Of a stretch of 64,000 nucleotides of DNA, positions 1 through 12,344 are shown piece after piece. Location: positions 129,420-193,419 of the forward strand of contig NW_015175975.1 of assembly GCF_001447785.1 (NCBI RefSeq), written 5' to 3'. This DNA is from Gekko japonicus (lineage: Eukaryota). Numbering within the stretch: position 1 is the stretch's first letter; the number at the start of each line of letters is the position of its first letter. A program made the translations under genes and the position numbers. The notes under the pieces were generated by a model, which saw only the letters and a program-made list of their open reading frames with translations, was not told the origin of the DNA and did not search any database.

Positions 1-181
1 GCTTGAAATTGCAATATCCATTTAAATCCTAATCTTGTTGTCAACTAAATTCAACAAAGTTCTTCTTTAGAGAAGGATGAGGGCACATTTGTTTGGTGAA
101 ACATCAGTGTGAAGAAAGAACTTAGATTGTGGAAGGAAACAGAGAGAAACAAAAATGAGCTACCCTGACTTATAACATGTT

Positions 182-410
182 GGTTTGGGAACATAAGAAG
201 AAGAACCCTGCTGGACTGGAAAAGATTCATGTCAGCTTCCACTCTGTTTCCAGCCATGTCCAGAAAAATATAACTGGGAAGCTTACAAGCCAACTGCTCT
301 CTCATATAGCTTTCCCCCAGCCTCTAATGGTCAGAGATATACTGGCTCTAAAACACAGAGCTTCCAGGCAATTATCATGGCTAATAGCTGTTGATTGTCC
401 TATCTTCCAC
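182..410 (-). mobile_element. Old CR1 LINE 3' end fragment
   Basis: Begins GAACATAAGAAG (reverse of the CR1 TTCTTATG tail) and loosely parallels the CR1 3'UTRs at 11741 and 14367. Confidence 0.55.
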
Positions 411-1244
411 AGAACTTCTTTCCCTCTAAAAGTCCTTCTAAAGCAATCTTTAAGCAACTAAACAATGAGGTTGTTGAATCAGGGTTTTTTATATGTGAAG
501 GCCACTGACCAAAAGGAAGTAGGCAACTGAAAATAAACATATTGTTTCAGAGTTGTTCAGCTCCCTAATGGAAACGGCTGTTAACAAGTAATCCTGGAGA
601 GTTAATTTTTGAACGAAATGCCTACATCTGGTTCTGCTGTTTACCTTAGAACTTTAGAGCAACTGATTTCAAGTGTCACAAGATCATCTCAGAAAATTTC
701 CATATTGGTACTAGAAGTTAAATATTAATGCATACAAATGGCATCTTAAAGTTTATGACCAAACCTGGCACATGCTCAGGTTTCATTCCCCCCCCCCCCA
801 ACGTTTGGTTGTCCTAGCTCCAAACGTATCTTGACACCAACAAATAGAAGACTGTTGGGTTAAAAAGTAGCAAGTGCTCAGCACCAAATATTAACAAGAA
901 ATACATATTTGGACAGGCTCAGAATATTGTAGTGCATCTTACCAAACCTTGTTTCCTTCCAACCTCATAAATAACCTAAGGGGCCAGCCTCCCCCATCTA
1001 TCCACAACTGATAAAATTGATAGCTAAGAAAACTCCTGTGCCCAGATAGTCCCATTTCATCAGCAAAATAGAGAACCTTCCTTATCAACACTTCACCAAC
1101 TTTTTGGTTCAAAAGAAGCAGGAGATTCCTCTTATAAAGCAATCTGTCTGTAAATCCCATAATACAATCTGATGGGGCATGTGCCATTGAAATGCCTGGA
1201 ACCTGGGTTGGTATGAAAAACATGAGGATTGTGAATGCATCATC

Positions 1245-1374
1245 NNNNNNNNNNNNNNNNNNNNNNNNNNNNNNNNNNNNNNNNNNNNNNNNNNNNNNNN
1301 NNNNNNNNNNNNNNNNNNNNNNNNNNNNNNNNNNNNNNNNNNNNNNNNNNNNNNNNNNNNNNNNNNNNNNNNNN
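1245..1374. other. Assembly gap (N run)
   Basis: 130 N. Confidence 1.
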
Positions 1375-1689
1375 ACCAGTTGCTTAGTTTCAATGGGGAA
1401 ATGAATCTAATGGGTACATGAAAAAGGTTTTGAGAAGGAATTTCAAGGAGGCAGTATTTTGTTCTGAAAGGAAGAAGGATATCAGCCACAGAGGTGGATA
1501 GCCAGTGTGACAAGATGAATAAATCAGGTGGAAGGTTTTTTTTCCTTTTTACAATGTGAAACAAAAAGGTCAAGTAATGAAAACAATCATGCTAGCTATT
1601 CCACAAATGAATATGGAATCTAATCAATGAAAGCTATTTTGTTTCCATAATTCTCTTTCATAAATCAATTGAAGATGGAGGTCCTGTAT

Positions 1690-2622
1690 CTGAGCCAGGG
1701 GGGTGATGGGTTAGGGATCTAACTCCTAAGTCTTGATAATGTGCTGTTGACTCCAATGCCAGTGGTGGAGAGCTTGGTTGTGATTCTGGACGCCTCCCTT
1801 TCAATGGAGGCCCAGATCACAAATGTTGTGAGACTTTCTTTTTTCCATCTATATCAGGTCAAGCAACTGTTTCCCTTCCCCTCTCCCCTGACCTAGCTAC
1901 AGTGATCCATGCAACCGTCACCTCCAGAATAGACTACCATAATTCACTCTATGCAGGGCTACCCTTGAGGCTGACCCGGAAACTTTAGCTGGTCCACCAG
2001 CTGCACTGGCTCCAGATGGAATATCAAATCAAGTTCAAGGTGCTGGTTTAACTTTTAAAGCCCTATGCAGTCTGGGATGGACATATCTATGGGAACATCT
2101 CTCCTGGTACGTCACTCACAGAGTATTATGCTCAATGGATCGAAATTTTCTGATGATCCCTGGCCCAAAAAATATCCACTCAGCCTCAGCCAGAGCCTTT
2201 TCAGGTTTGGTGCTGGCCTGGTGGAATGCTCTCCCAAGTGAGATCTGGGCCCTGCAGGACCTAATGCAGTTCTGCAGGGCCTGTAAAACAAAGCTGTTCC
2301 ACCAGACCCATGGTTGAGGCGGCAGTAAATTCCATCAGTATTGGCCTCCCCCTCTGTCTGTTCATCAGCAATACTACCATCCCAACATCCACAGATGCAC
2401 ATTAAAGATACTCTGAGATAAGATGTATCAAACTGTATCAAAATATCACCTGCCATCTGACTGTTCAGTTTTAATTGTATTTTCTTTTCATTTTAATGTT
2501 TAATGATTAACTTATATTTATTGTTTTAATATTATTTATTATTGATATTACCCGCCCTGAGCCCTGCTGTGCAGGGAAGGGCAGCCTATAAGTCTAATAT
2601 GATAAATGATAGATAGATAAAT
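1690..2622 (+). mobile_element. L2 LINE, degraded 3' part of ORF2 and 3' tail
   Basis: Translates to L2-type C-terminal RT region (LVVILDASLSMEAQITNVVR...DLATVIHATVTSRIDYHNSLYAGLPLRLTRKL) with stops and frameshifts; ends CCCGCCCTGAGCC...GGGAAGGGC...(GATA/TAAA)n. Confidence 0.85.
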
Positions 2623-3025
2623 ATTCCACATTGGTTTCAGTGGAAGACAATCCTCACACATAAAGGTACAGACCTTTATGATTTTCCATCCAAACTGGGC
2701 AAATTAATTGGGATTACTGTATTCCCTGAAGACATCCACACTGCCAAATTTCAGACCAATATAATAAAAGGGTCTTCCTTTTTGAGGCAATGAAAAGCAC
2801 CCATGTTTAACTTTAAACATGCCAAATACACAGTAGCACAGACAGCTGTGTGCAGTGAGGGGATCTGGCACTGCAGCCACTTAACTGGAAGTACAGTAGC
2901 ATGAGGAAGATGCAGACTGACAAGACAAGGGCATTTGGTGGCACAAGGAGGACATGACATCTGGGTGCTCAGGCAGAAAGAGGAGAACCTTGAGGTAGAG
3001 TTGCTTGGACAAGGAATAACGTTTG

Positions 3026-3301
3026 TGTTATGTACACGGACTGCTACCAGGGGTCCGAGGCTAAAGCAGGAGCTTGGTCCCCAAACATAAAGGGGACCTA
3101 GGATCCTAGTCCACCTCGAGTCCACCAGTAGCCCCTTGGCGGGAAATTCAAACCCTCCAATGGGAACATAGGTGTGCCGGGTGGAGTGTATATAGTTGGC
3201 CTTGCAGGGCCATTTAGTTAGTCTTGTTGTGAAGTACAATAAATGTGTCTGAACGCATGTAGTAGTCCGAGTCCTCCATGTGTCGAACCCAGTACTTTTC
3301 A
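3026..3301 (+). mobile_element. Solo LTR (276 bp) with 5-bp TSD
   Basis: TG...CA termini (TGTTATGTAC / GTACTTTTCA); TSD GTTTG at 3021-3025 and 3302-3306; internal TATATA (~3189) and AATAAA (~3238). Confidence 0.85.
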
Positions 3302-3711
3302 GTTTGGAAAGCAGCAGGCAAGCAGGGGAATACAGACTGCAACAGGAAATTTGGCATATCAGGGCAGGCATTGGAAGAAGAATGGAAGACAAAGTTCTAC
3401 CCCATATCCTTCAGGACTGGAATACCTCACACATGTATGTAATCCAAGTGATTACAGCTTGCATTCAATCAAGAAAGACTAATGTCTCCCCCCTTCTCTT
3501 TAAGGAATACAACTTATGCCCTATAATAAAATGCTGACTGCCTTGTAAAAGTAAAACAGTCAGAAAGACACAAGACTATGATAATGAAAGAAACATAATA
3601 AGATGAAAGAAAAACATGATTTTTTTCTATTATAGGATGTTTAGAAGGGGATTTGTTTTATTTTCATAATAATTATGATAATAAGAAAACATCAATTTTT
3701 GCAATTACTGT

Positions 3712-4148
3712 CAGGGGTCATTTCATAGAAAAATAGCTAGGGGAACTCATTAGCATAACTCATTAGCATATGCCACACCCCCTGACATCACCGGAAATGT
3801 GTCATAAGGCCACACACCCCGCCCCCAACGGTCCCGGCCGCCACCGCTGGCCTTGCAGCTCCACTGCCGAGCCCCATGAGGACCTGCAAGGCCGGCGGGA
3901 GTGCAAGGAAGCCCCGCGAAGGCCCTCCCTGGCCCCAGGCAGGCAGGGGTGGGGAGAGGCAGGGAGGAAGCAACTTACCTTCCCTCTTCTCCTGCCTCCT
4001 CCTGGCTGAATGAGGGCCGGAAGCGGGGCGGCCAGAAGCAGGGGGCGGGGCTTCGTCATGTGCCCCCCGTACCTCACCCGTACCCCCGCCCCCCGTACCT
4101 CACCCGGGGGAACTGCGTTCCCCGCGTTCCCCCCCGAAATGACCTCTG
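3712..4148. mobile_element. hAT-superfamily MITE (CAGGGGTCATTTC TIR family)
   Basis: TIRs CAGGGGTCATTTC / GAAATGACCTCTG; perfect 8-bp TSD ATTACTGT; second copy at 11358. Confidence 0.92.
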
Positions 4149-4299
4149 ATTACTGTAATTAATAATGAAAGCAACACACAAGTCTGCTAGCAACCACTGA
4201 TGATGAGTAGGCACAGCAAGATCAATAGAGGAAATAAACTTTTAATGAGTTCCAGTATCTTCTGATAATAAGATAGCCAGTCCCAGTCGCTAATAAGTA

Positions 4300-4680
4300 G
4301 GAGTTCCACACTTTCAAGTTTATTTGTTTTCTTTTGAAAGTTTTTGATGAAATGTGTCATGAATAAGGACTGCTATAGAATGTCTTGGGAGATGAAAACG
4401 CTGTACCACTGGTTCTGTTTTAAATGCCTGAATTGCATCACTTAGTCTCTTGATCAAAGACAGTCCAGTTTTGCCTGTGCAAAAGACAGAAGGGCATTAT
4501 TGGCATATGACAGTATACATCGTGTTAGAATATACCTAGCTGAAGAAGTTCTTTAACTTAAAGGCTTTAAGGCATAGTTGATGTTGTTTGACCCTCTGCT
4601 AGTATTGCCTGAACATATCTGAGACAGGGTTGATACCTGCAGTTGTATGTCTGTTAGCTGGTTGATTGTTGTTGGAGAGT
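4300..4680 (-). pseudogene. Penelope-like element, decayed GIY-YIG endonuclease region
   Basis: Minus strand gives ...RGSNNINY...YSNTMYTVICQ*CPSVFCTGKTGLSLIKR...EPVVQRFHLPRHSIA, matching the reptile PLE pattern NVIYAIMCQQCPS.MYIGQTGQSLRKR...KPVGEHFNLPGHSI. Confidence 0.7.
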
Positions 4681-4824
4681 GGATTGGTCTGTTGGGGATA
4701 ACATCCAGAAAAAAACATTAAAGGCAGAATAAGCCAGAAAGTGAAAAGAGAAGGTTGTGCCACTTAAGGATTCCTGGAACTGTTTTATACCACTCTCTAT
4801 AAACTGGCAAAAAAATACAACAGA

Positions 4825-5060
4825 GCTAGATTTGGTTCAAGTACGACTTCAAAGACCAACAAGATTTTAGGCTATAAATTCCCCCCCCCCAAAAAAAATA
4901 TATTTATTACATGAATTCCATTCAAGAAAAACAGTGCAGTAGCCCATCTGAGGTAAACCAATCAAAACATCAAAACAGTCAGCCTTCAACAAAGAAAATA
5001 GGTAGCCAAGAGGATATAAGCTTTTGAGAGTAAAAGCTCCCTTTACCTCTTTGTCTGAGC
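4825..5060 (-). mobile_element. Penelope-like pseudo-LTR remnants (split, decayed)
   Basis: AAAGACCAACAAGATTTT (4851) and ATAAGCTTTTGAGAGTAAAAGCTCCCTT (5016) resemble the PLE terminal segment also seen at 30328. Confidence 0.45.
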
Positions 5061-6809
5061 AGTCTGTAATTCTAGAGTAGTCTGCTTCAGACTGTATTTC
5101 TTTTGGGGGGACACCTATGACTGAAATGTCCTTCCACCAGTAGAAGGTTGAAACTGAAACTGAAATTTCAAGAAAAAAGTTATAAAAACCTAGGAGTTCC
5201 AGGCACAAGGCTTCCTCCTTCCTTTTAGATCCGACCCCAAGAATCTTATCAGAGTAACCCCAGGGGCTTGGACAACATATGGAGCCGGAACAATCTCTTT
5301 CCATCAAGGGGAGAAATTATGAATAATGCAATTTCTCCAAATGATTTTTACTTTTGCCATGAACTGTTTCAGAATAAACTTGATGTTGGGAATTATCTTT
5401 GAGTGCATAAAAGAACTGTAAATAGATTCAGAATGATGTTTACTAACCAACAGCCCATGGACTCTGGCACTATTAACTCCCCATACTCCAAATTTTTGCT
5501 TCCTAATATATTGGCAATGTCATTCTAAGAAGAGATAACCCTTCTAAACCTATTCAAGTCAGAGGGTGTACCTCTGTTTCCATATCTCAGGTATTACTGC
5601 TGAGGAAAACACCAAAACAAGCCTGAATATATGTATCTTGTAGTTCACTGTTGTAATCCTTGTGTTAAACTCAGAATGGTATAAAATTCTGTATGAGATA
5701 TATCTGTTATCTCTCAGACATAACAATACACAAACCCATTTAATTATTTCTATATCCTTCTTCTGAAGAGACACAACAGAAAGAACAATTTTGTGGCTTA
5801 ATTCTCCCTTTTTATTCTTTGTCTACAGCACTCTTGTAACAATAATCTTTTCATTGTTTCTCTTTTGAGCCTTGCTTCATTTAACAAACATTATTGTCTG
5901 GCATTATGACTGGAATGTAACAACATAGCTATAGCTTAATGCTACTGCCTGGGCACTGGTGTTAGCAAATAATTCAGCCGTACCCATGTAAAGCAATGTC
6001 ATTATAGGCGGCTACAATAACTGTGGCCTGTGTGAAAGTCACTGGAGAGAAAATCACAACTGGAACTGCATTTCTCAATCATTACCTGCTAACAGATGCA
6101 AAACACCCTAAATCTTCAATCACATCTTAAGGAGTTCACTATTCAAGGTATTCTCCAAGTAGGTAACAAATCAGTATTCCAAATCATTTGTCAGATTACT
6201 TTTCAGGATGAGGCATAGAGCAAATTGATCCTACAAATTTTGGAGTTATCCTCTGAATGTATACTATTGGCTCTTCTGGCAATAATCCCTACCTCTGCTC
6301 TTTGCCGTTGTCTCCACCATCACTGTTCACAACTGTCCTTCTACTTAGGTCTATTTTGTGGGAAAGACAATTTGCTTGAAAGGTACATGTTGGTAACAAG
6401 ACAAATGGATGTGTGAGCAGCCAAGTCAGTGTTGACCTTTCACTAGCAACTCCTATTTATCCCTCCCCAGGTTTTAATATAAGTAGAGCAGGAATATTAA
6501 AGGATATGTTTGCCTTGATCAAGATCTGGTCAGATTGTCCAGGTACTCTTGTATAAGACTCAGTGTTCAAGGAAATGGGGAAATACCAAGGGCAAAGAGG
6601 AAGAGAGCAAGGAAAAAATGGGAGAAAGACTAACTAATATAGATAGTAGTTTCATGAAATCTGTCTTCTACTCCTTGTTGTCACCATATTTAGGAATGAT
6701 TTGGGGAGCAACTATAGCAGCCTTCAGAATATTTATAGAAAAGTCTATAGAATATATAAGGTAATGTATGAAAGGGAGCAAAAAAAGGCAGTCTATGTCA
6801 TACTTCACA

Positions 6810-6942
6810 AGGATGGATTGTGGTTTCGTGGTGAAGGCATTTGCTTGGCATGTAGAAGGTTCCAGGTTCAAGCTCCAGCATCTCCAGTTGGTGAAGGTAA
6901 TGTGAAAGACCTCTTCCTGAGAGCCAGGGGAGCCACTGCCAA
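6810..6942 (+). mobile_element. tRNA-derived SINE (Squam2-like), partial
   Basis: Degenerate A box plus TGCTTGGCATGTAGAAGGTTCCAGGTTCAAG B-box region; similar to copies at 22909, 23855 and 44318. Confidence 0.7.
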
Positions 6943-7185
6943 GGAATTAAAAGGATTAGCCATCAAGATTACATTAAAATGGTGTAGTTGTCAATGTTAG
7001 TGCTTGTCAGTTTCACAAATGACACAAGGTCAAAGATGCTTCATTTTGAATGTAGCTAAATAACATTACCAGAAACCCCACATACTTTGCACCATGTTAA
7101 AGTATTTAGAACTCCTACCAGAGTCAACATGTGATGCAACCTTAAGGCAAAACTAACATTCCTGGGGGAAGTATGATTGGGGGTG

Positions 7186-7258
7186 TGAAATTAGTCTTTC
7201 TGTTTCTATTATTGTGGAAATGAAATTAGTCTTTCTGTTTCTATTATTGTAGAAATGA
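7186..7258. repeat. 35-bp tandem duplication
   Basis: TGAAATTAGTCTTTCTGTTTCTATTATTGTRGAAA x2. Confidence 0.95.
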
Positions 7259-7923
7259 CATTTTGCAGAACACACATGTCAGCTATGCTCAATAAGGATT
7301 AGTAGCAATGCAGAGGTGGAAGCTTGACGGGCCCATCAGCCGTATCAGCGATTCAGGATTAGTCAGTGTCACTCATGTCTCTGCTAGTCTAGTGCTTAAT
7401 CTGATGGAAGAAAATGAGAGGCCATGTTTTCTCTTCCTTACTATTTGGAATACAGCCTTTTCCTTCAATCTGCTGGTTCAGGACTGGCTGTATGTATTTG
7501 CATGTTACCCTATAGCTGCTGCCTGGACACTAGAGTTCCAGTGTACCTGTAGGATCTTATTCTCAGCAGGGAAGCTATGTACTTAGCAAGAAAAGCAACC
7601 AGCATTGGAACTTGCTGTGATCAAACTACTTGATCATACATGTGTCAAACCCTTCATCAGATCACCTCACTATTCTGATCAAAATTTGAATCAAGTGCCA
7701 TGCCAATCAGTTTTGCAGCTGCAGTTTGTGGTGTTCTGATAGTCACGGTCAGAAAGAACTATTAAATCTGCATTCCTTGGGTGTGTTTGCTTAAAAGTTT
7801 AAGAAAACTCTCACACAACCCAGTTCTTTTGCCACACAGGATATCTAGAATGCCTTATAATCAACCTGCCTTGGCACTAACACATGTTTATATTGTATAG
7901 TGTGTATGTATATACAAAAATTT

Positions 7924-7964
7924 GACCACTGAGGGAGGCCTTGGAGGCTGAAACATGTTTGTTC
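7924..7964 (+). ncRNA. Degenerate minimal type I hammerhead ribozyme (Penelope-like element type)
   Basis: Stem I GACCA/TGTTC, core CTGAGGGA, stem II GGCC-TTGGA-GGCT, GAAA, palindromic CATG stem III, GTT cleavage triplet. Confidence 0.6.
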
Positions 7965-8002
7965 CTGTTTTAATGTGGTTCAAGGTTATCAACCTAGATA
8001 TA

Positions 8003-8082
8003 TTTTATTTATTTATTTTTATTTACATGTGACTTCTATACCGCTCATGACCCCTACTGGGTCTCAGAGCGGTTTACAAGTG
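8003..8082 (-). mobile_element. L2-type LINE/SINE 3' tail
   Basis: (TTTA)n followed by CTATACCGCTC...CTCAGAGCGGTTTACAA, the reverse of an L2-type tail. Confidence 0.55.
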
Positions 8083-8093
8083 GCCTACATTAT

Positions 8094-8462
8094 TGTAGTC
8101 AGATCCTACCTAGGGCGACAATTGTGCAGGGAGGGGTTGCCTAGCAGCACCCGGATGACAGGCTTCTCTCTGTACTCGGTGGCTCCAGCGTAGTCTCAGC
8201 ATTCCGGCGAGCGGCGACCATCAGCGGGCTGCAGATGGACCCTCCGTTGATGCGCACTGCTCCTGGACTGTGGCATTCCCGGCTACTCGTTTCTTCGGGC
8301 TCCAGCCGCGCCGCGTCGCTCCGCAGTTGCGTCATCCGGTCCCGCCTCGATCCGATGTCATCGTCGCTCCTTTGGCCCGCCAGACGCCGCCATTGTTCTT
8401 CCTCGCCACCGCTGCTTCTCTTACTGCCATCGTTGCCGTCAACCCTCCTGGCACGGAACTGA
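8094..8462. mobile_element. CpG-rich insertion, probable solo LTR remnant
   Basis: Abrupt GC/CpG-rich block in AT-rich DNA; starts TGTAGT; flanked by ATTAT at 8089-8093 and 8463-8467; right end lacks the canonical CA. Confidence 0.45.
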
Positions 8463-9558
8463 ATTATTGGTCCTGTTTTATTGGTTCAAGGCATATCAAA
8501 ATGTATCAGGTTATATAGATTCAGGACTTCTTAGTTCAAATATTCACCACTTCAAGGGTTGATTGTACAAATGTTTTTAAAGTACAGTTTTAGTGCACTT
8601 TGTAATAAATACATATATTTTGTTTAATTTATTTCTCAAAATATTTTTTCTCTCTCACCCAACTTTTGGCACCCAACTTTGTATGTGACATGGTCATGAT
8701 CAGGTTGTGGCTTGGTAAATAAGCTACATTTGCAGCATGTTTTGCAGACAATCAGAGGAGGTCTTTATTATACAGGTCAAGGGTTTTGCAGTTGCCTAGG
8801 ACCACTAGATCTTCCCCTGAAAAAAATTACTACAATTCCCATGATGCAGTGCAAAAGCACATGTATTTGAATTGTTCTAGATCTGGACTGGTTGCCTGCC
8901 TTTGCCATTAATGAACACTGTGCAAGGCAGCTTTAAGGGACAAAGGGATATGTGTAAACTGTAAGTCACTCACTGTGCATTTAAAGAAATAGGAGATGGG
9001 TGATCAGAACAGAGGAAATGGTGGTGACAAACAGGGGGAAAGCTGACTAAGATCATAATTTATTCTGTATCTTGGCATTCTAATGTGATGGGGTTAGTCA
9101 TAAGTGAAATAGTTTTAGGGTGAGTGTTGAAGTGTCTGCACCTGTCACTAATTGTCAAGCCTTCTGTAATTTAGCACTAATTGTTTTTGCTAACAGTTCG
9201 ATGTGATTGGATTGTTTGCAGTTCGTATAATTATTGCACTGATTACACTTCCTTTGTTCAATATACTTTTCTGTGATAGAGCACATGCTGATGAGCAACA
9301 CAATTTGTTCTTCTCTGACAAAACTTGATCAGAAAAAAAGTTCTAAAAATAGACTGGTGGATGGATCTTAAACAATACCTCTGTCATTCACTGTACAAGA
9401 AAGAGATGTATGGGAGAAGGAGTTTCCACTGGCTTCAGAATATGTTCACAGCAAATTAACTTCAAGGCCATAAACGGTTGCAGTGCAAACCTGAAAAACC
9501 CCACTCAGAAACTGGGTTGCCCATAGGATCAACCGAAACCTAACATCTTGCTCATGGG

Positions 9559-9717
9559 TAGGGTTGCCAGCTCTGGGTTGGGAAATAACTAGAGTTTTTT
9601 GGGGGGTGAAGCCTCAGGAAGGCAAGGCTGGGGCCCTAACTTCCACAGAGGCCATTTCTCCAGATCAGTTGGAAAAGTGGAAGATGTCCAGCCACCACCT
9701 GGAAGTTGGCTACCCTA
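9559..9717. mobile_element. hAT MITE (TAGGGTTGCCA TIR)
   Basis: TAGGGTTGCCA / TGGCTACCCTA; near-perfect 8-bp TSD CTCATGGG/CTCCTGGG. Confidence 0.8.
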
Positions 9718-10934
9718 CTCCTGGGACTGTAACCTGGAGAGCACAAGTTTTGCATGTCCCCAAAGTCCTGTGGGAGCATTAAATGTTATGTCAGCTTCTC
9801 TGCTTAAGAAGCATTAGCAGGATGGAGAGATCTGGCATCAATAGCCCCACTCATGGAATCATAACACAAATCCAGTTTCCATGTTTCCAGGAGTGTATTT
9901 TATCTAGTCCTAGTCATGTTGGGAAAGTAAAGTCTGCCAAGGAATTTAAGTCTCAAATAACTTTTAAGAATTTATGGCTTGTTAACTCCTTGAATTCCTG
10001 CACTTTACTGTGGTAAGTGATTGAAAGTAACAATCTTAAGTGACTTTGAATGCATTAGAGTATAAATGTTTACTTACTTTAAAGCACTTTAAGGCATTAA
10101 CAGATCCTTTTTTGTGAGAACACCCCCAATCTCAGCTTAATATGAGTGTTTAATTAAGACATTGATATGAGCAAACTTTGCCTGCTGAGTTTCTGGCTTG
10201 AGCCTGGAGGCAAAGAGAAACAAAATGAGACTGCCTGTCCTCTATCCTAACAGATGTGGTTAAGAGTGATTGAAAAGGCTACAGCAGAAATCTTCATGAT
10301 CTGGGGTACGGAGAGGGCACAGAGGAAAAAACAGAGGCAGTACTCAGAGCTGAGAAGACAGCGTTTCAAGGTAGCCGAATTTTCCCCAGAGCAGAGGGGA
10401 ATTCAGAAAAGCTTTACTAGTATCATGAGTGCATTATGTGTTGGGAGGGGGTCACACTTTGCCAAGTTGCTACAACAGTGGGATAAGTGTTGTCTGGAAT
10501 GCTGGCATGTTTTATTGTCCGAAGAAGTGACCTGTGCATTCACACTGATCTTCTTTCCCTTGGAGTAATTGCATTCAATTCAATTCCAGTTGTGATAAAC
10601 ACTTTATGCTATTTCATCCTCCTGCCGCAAATTACTTTTTATCTTTCAATGAGTTTTTGCTTTCTACCACAGGCTCTATGCTATTCCCTTGTAATGAGCA
10701 AGGGACCATAAAGAATACTGTACTTGACAAGGATGTCTAAGAAATTACATCTGGTTTGGAGAAACAAAAGGTAATTACTTGAAAATTCTTCAGCAGTCTT
10801 ACTGTCTTTCTGTCAGTCCTCTGGAATGCTCAGAACTACTGCTGGATATCACAACAGTAACTAAGTTGGCAACACTGAAGTTGCATGTACACATGCAGCA
10901 GAATGAGATGATAGAATGCACCCCTTCACACTGT

Positions 10935-11280
10935 AAGGTAAAGGTAAAGGTTCCCTTGCTCGAAAGCCAGTCGAATCCGACTCTAGGGTTGCGGTGCTCA
11001 TCTCCATTTCAAAGCCGAAGAGCCAGCGCTGTCCGAAGACGTTTCCGTGGTCATGTGGCCGGCATGACTAAACACCAAAGCGCACGGAACGCTGTTACCT
11101 TCCCACCGAAGTGGTACCTATTTATCTACTTGCAATTTCTTCCTTTCAAACTGCTAGGTTGGCAGGAGCTGGAACTAGAGATGGGAGCTCCCCCCGTCTT
11201 GCGGCACCTGGGTCTGCTGAACTACTGACCTTCCACAGCCTGCAGTTCAGCGTCTTAACCACTGGAGCCACCACAGCTCC
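10935..11280 (-). mobile_element. Sauria SINE (Squam1)
   Basis: tRNA-like head, (ACCTTT)n tail, TSD TTCACACTG; near-identical to copies at 36715, 41720 and 59869. Confidence 0.92.
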
Positions 11281-11357
11281 TTCACACTGAACAGGGTATC
11301 ATATATCAATCCCCTGGAAATAGAAATCTAGCACATTATTTACTCATTTGTTAAAAA

Positions 11358-11702
11358 CAGGGGTCATTTCGTAGAAAAAAGAGCTAGGGGGGAACTCATT
11401 AGCATAACTCATTAGCATATGCCACACCCCCTGACATCAGGGGCCTGGCGGTGGACCTGCAAGGCCAGCGGGAGTGCGAGGAAGCCCCGCCAAGGCCCTC
11501 CCTGGCCCCAGGCAGGCAGGGGTGGGAAGAGGCGGGGAGAAAGCAACTTACCCTCCCTCTTCTCCTGCCTCCTCCTGGCTGAATGAGGGCTGGAAGTGGG
11601 GCGGCCGGAAGCAGGGGGTGGGGCTTTGTCATGTGCCCAGCCCCCCTGCACCTCACCCGGGGGAACTGTGTTCCCCCGTGATCCCCCCCGAAATGACCTC
11701 TG
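11358..11702. mobile_element. hAT MITE (CAGGGGTCATTTC family)
   Basis: Same TIRs and body as 3712-4148; 8-bp TSD GTTAAAAA. Confidence 0.92.
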
Positions 11703-11740
11703 GTTAAAAATATTTATATCCTATCCTATTTCCTTAGACT

Positions 11741-12335
11741 CATAAGAACATAAGAGAAGCCAATGTTGGATCAGGCCAATGGCCCATCCAGTCCAACACT
11801 CTGTCACACAGTGGCCAGAAATACCAGGTGCCATCAGGAGGTCCAGCAGTGGGGCTAGGACACTAGAAGCTTTCCCACTGTTGCCCCCTACCCCAAGCAC
11901 CAAGAATACAGAGCATCACTTGCCCCAGACCTATCTATACCTTGTGGCTAATAGCAACTGATGGATCTCTGCTCCATATGTTTAATTCCCTCTTGAAACC
12001 GTCCATGCTTGTAGTCACCACCACCTCCTGTGGCAGTGAATTCCATGTGTTAATCACTCTTTGAGTGAAGAAGTACTTCCTTTTATCTGTTCTAACCCGA
12101 CTGCTCATCAATTTCATTGAGCGCCCGCAAGTTCTTGTACTGTGAGAAAGGGAGAAAAGGTACTTCTTTCTCTACCTGCTCTATCCCATGCATAATCTTG
12201 TAAACCTTGATCATGTCACCCCTCAGCCGTCATTTCTCCAAGCTAAAGAGCCCCAAGCACTTTAACTTTAAAAAAAAAAAGAGTTCCAGTCCTTTTATCA
12301 TTCTAGTTGCCCTTTTCTGCACTTTTTCCAATTCC
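11741..12335 (-). mobile_element. CR1 LINE, 5'-truncated
   Basis: Encodes KLMSSRVRTDKRKYFFTQRVINTWNSLP (CR1 ORF2 C-terminus); TTCTTATG tail. Confidence 0.95.
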
Positions 12336-12344
12336 AATTTCAAT

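Noticed and set aside
2751-3392. 213-aa minus-strand ORF
   Set aside because: Spans a solo LTR and its flanks; no recognisable domain
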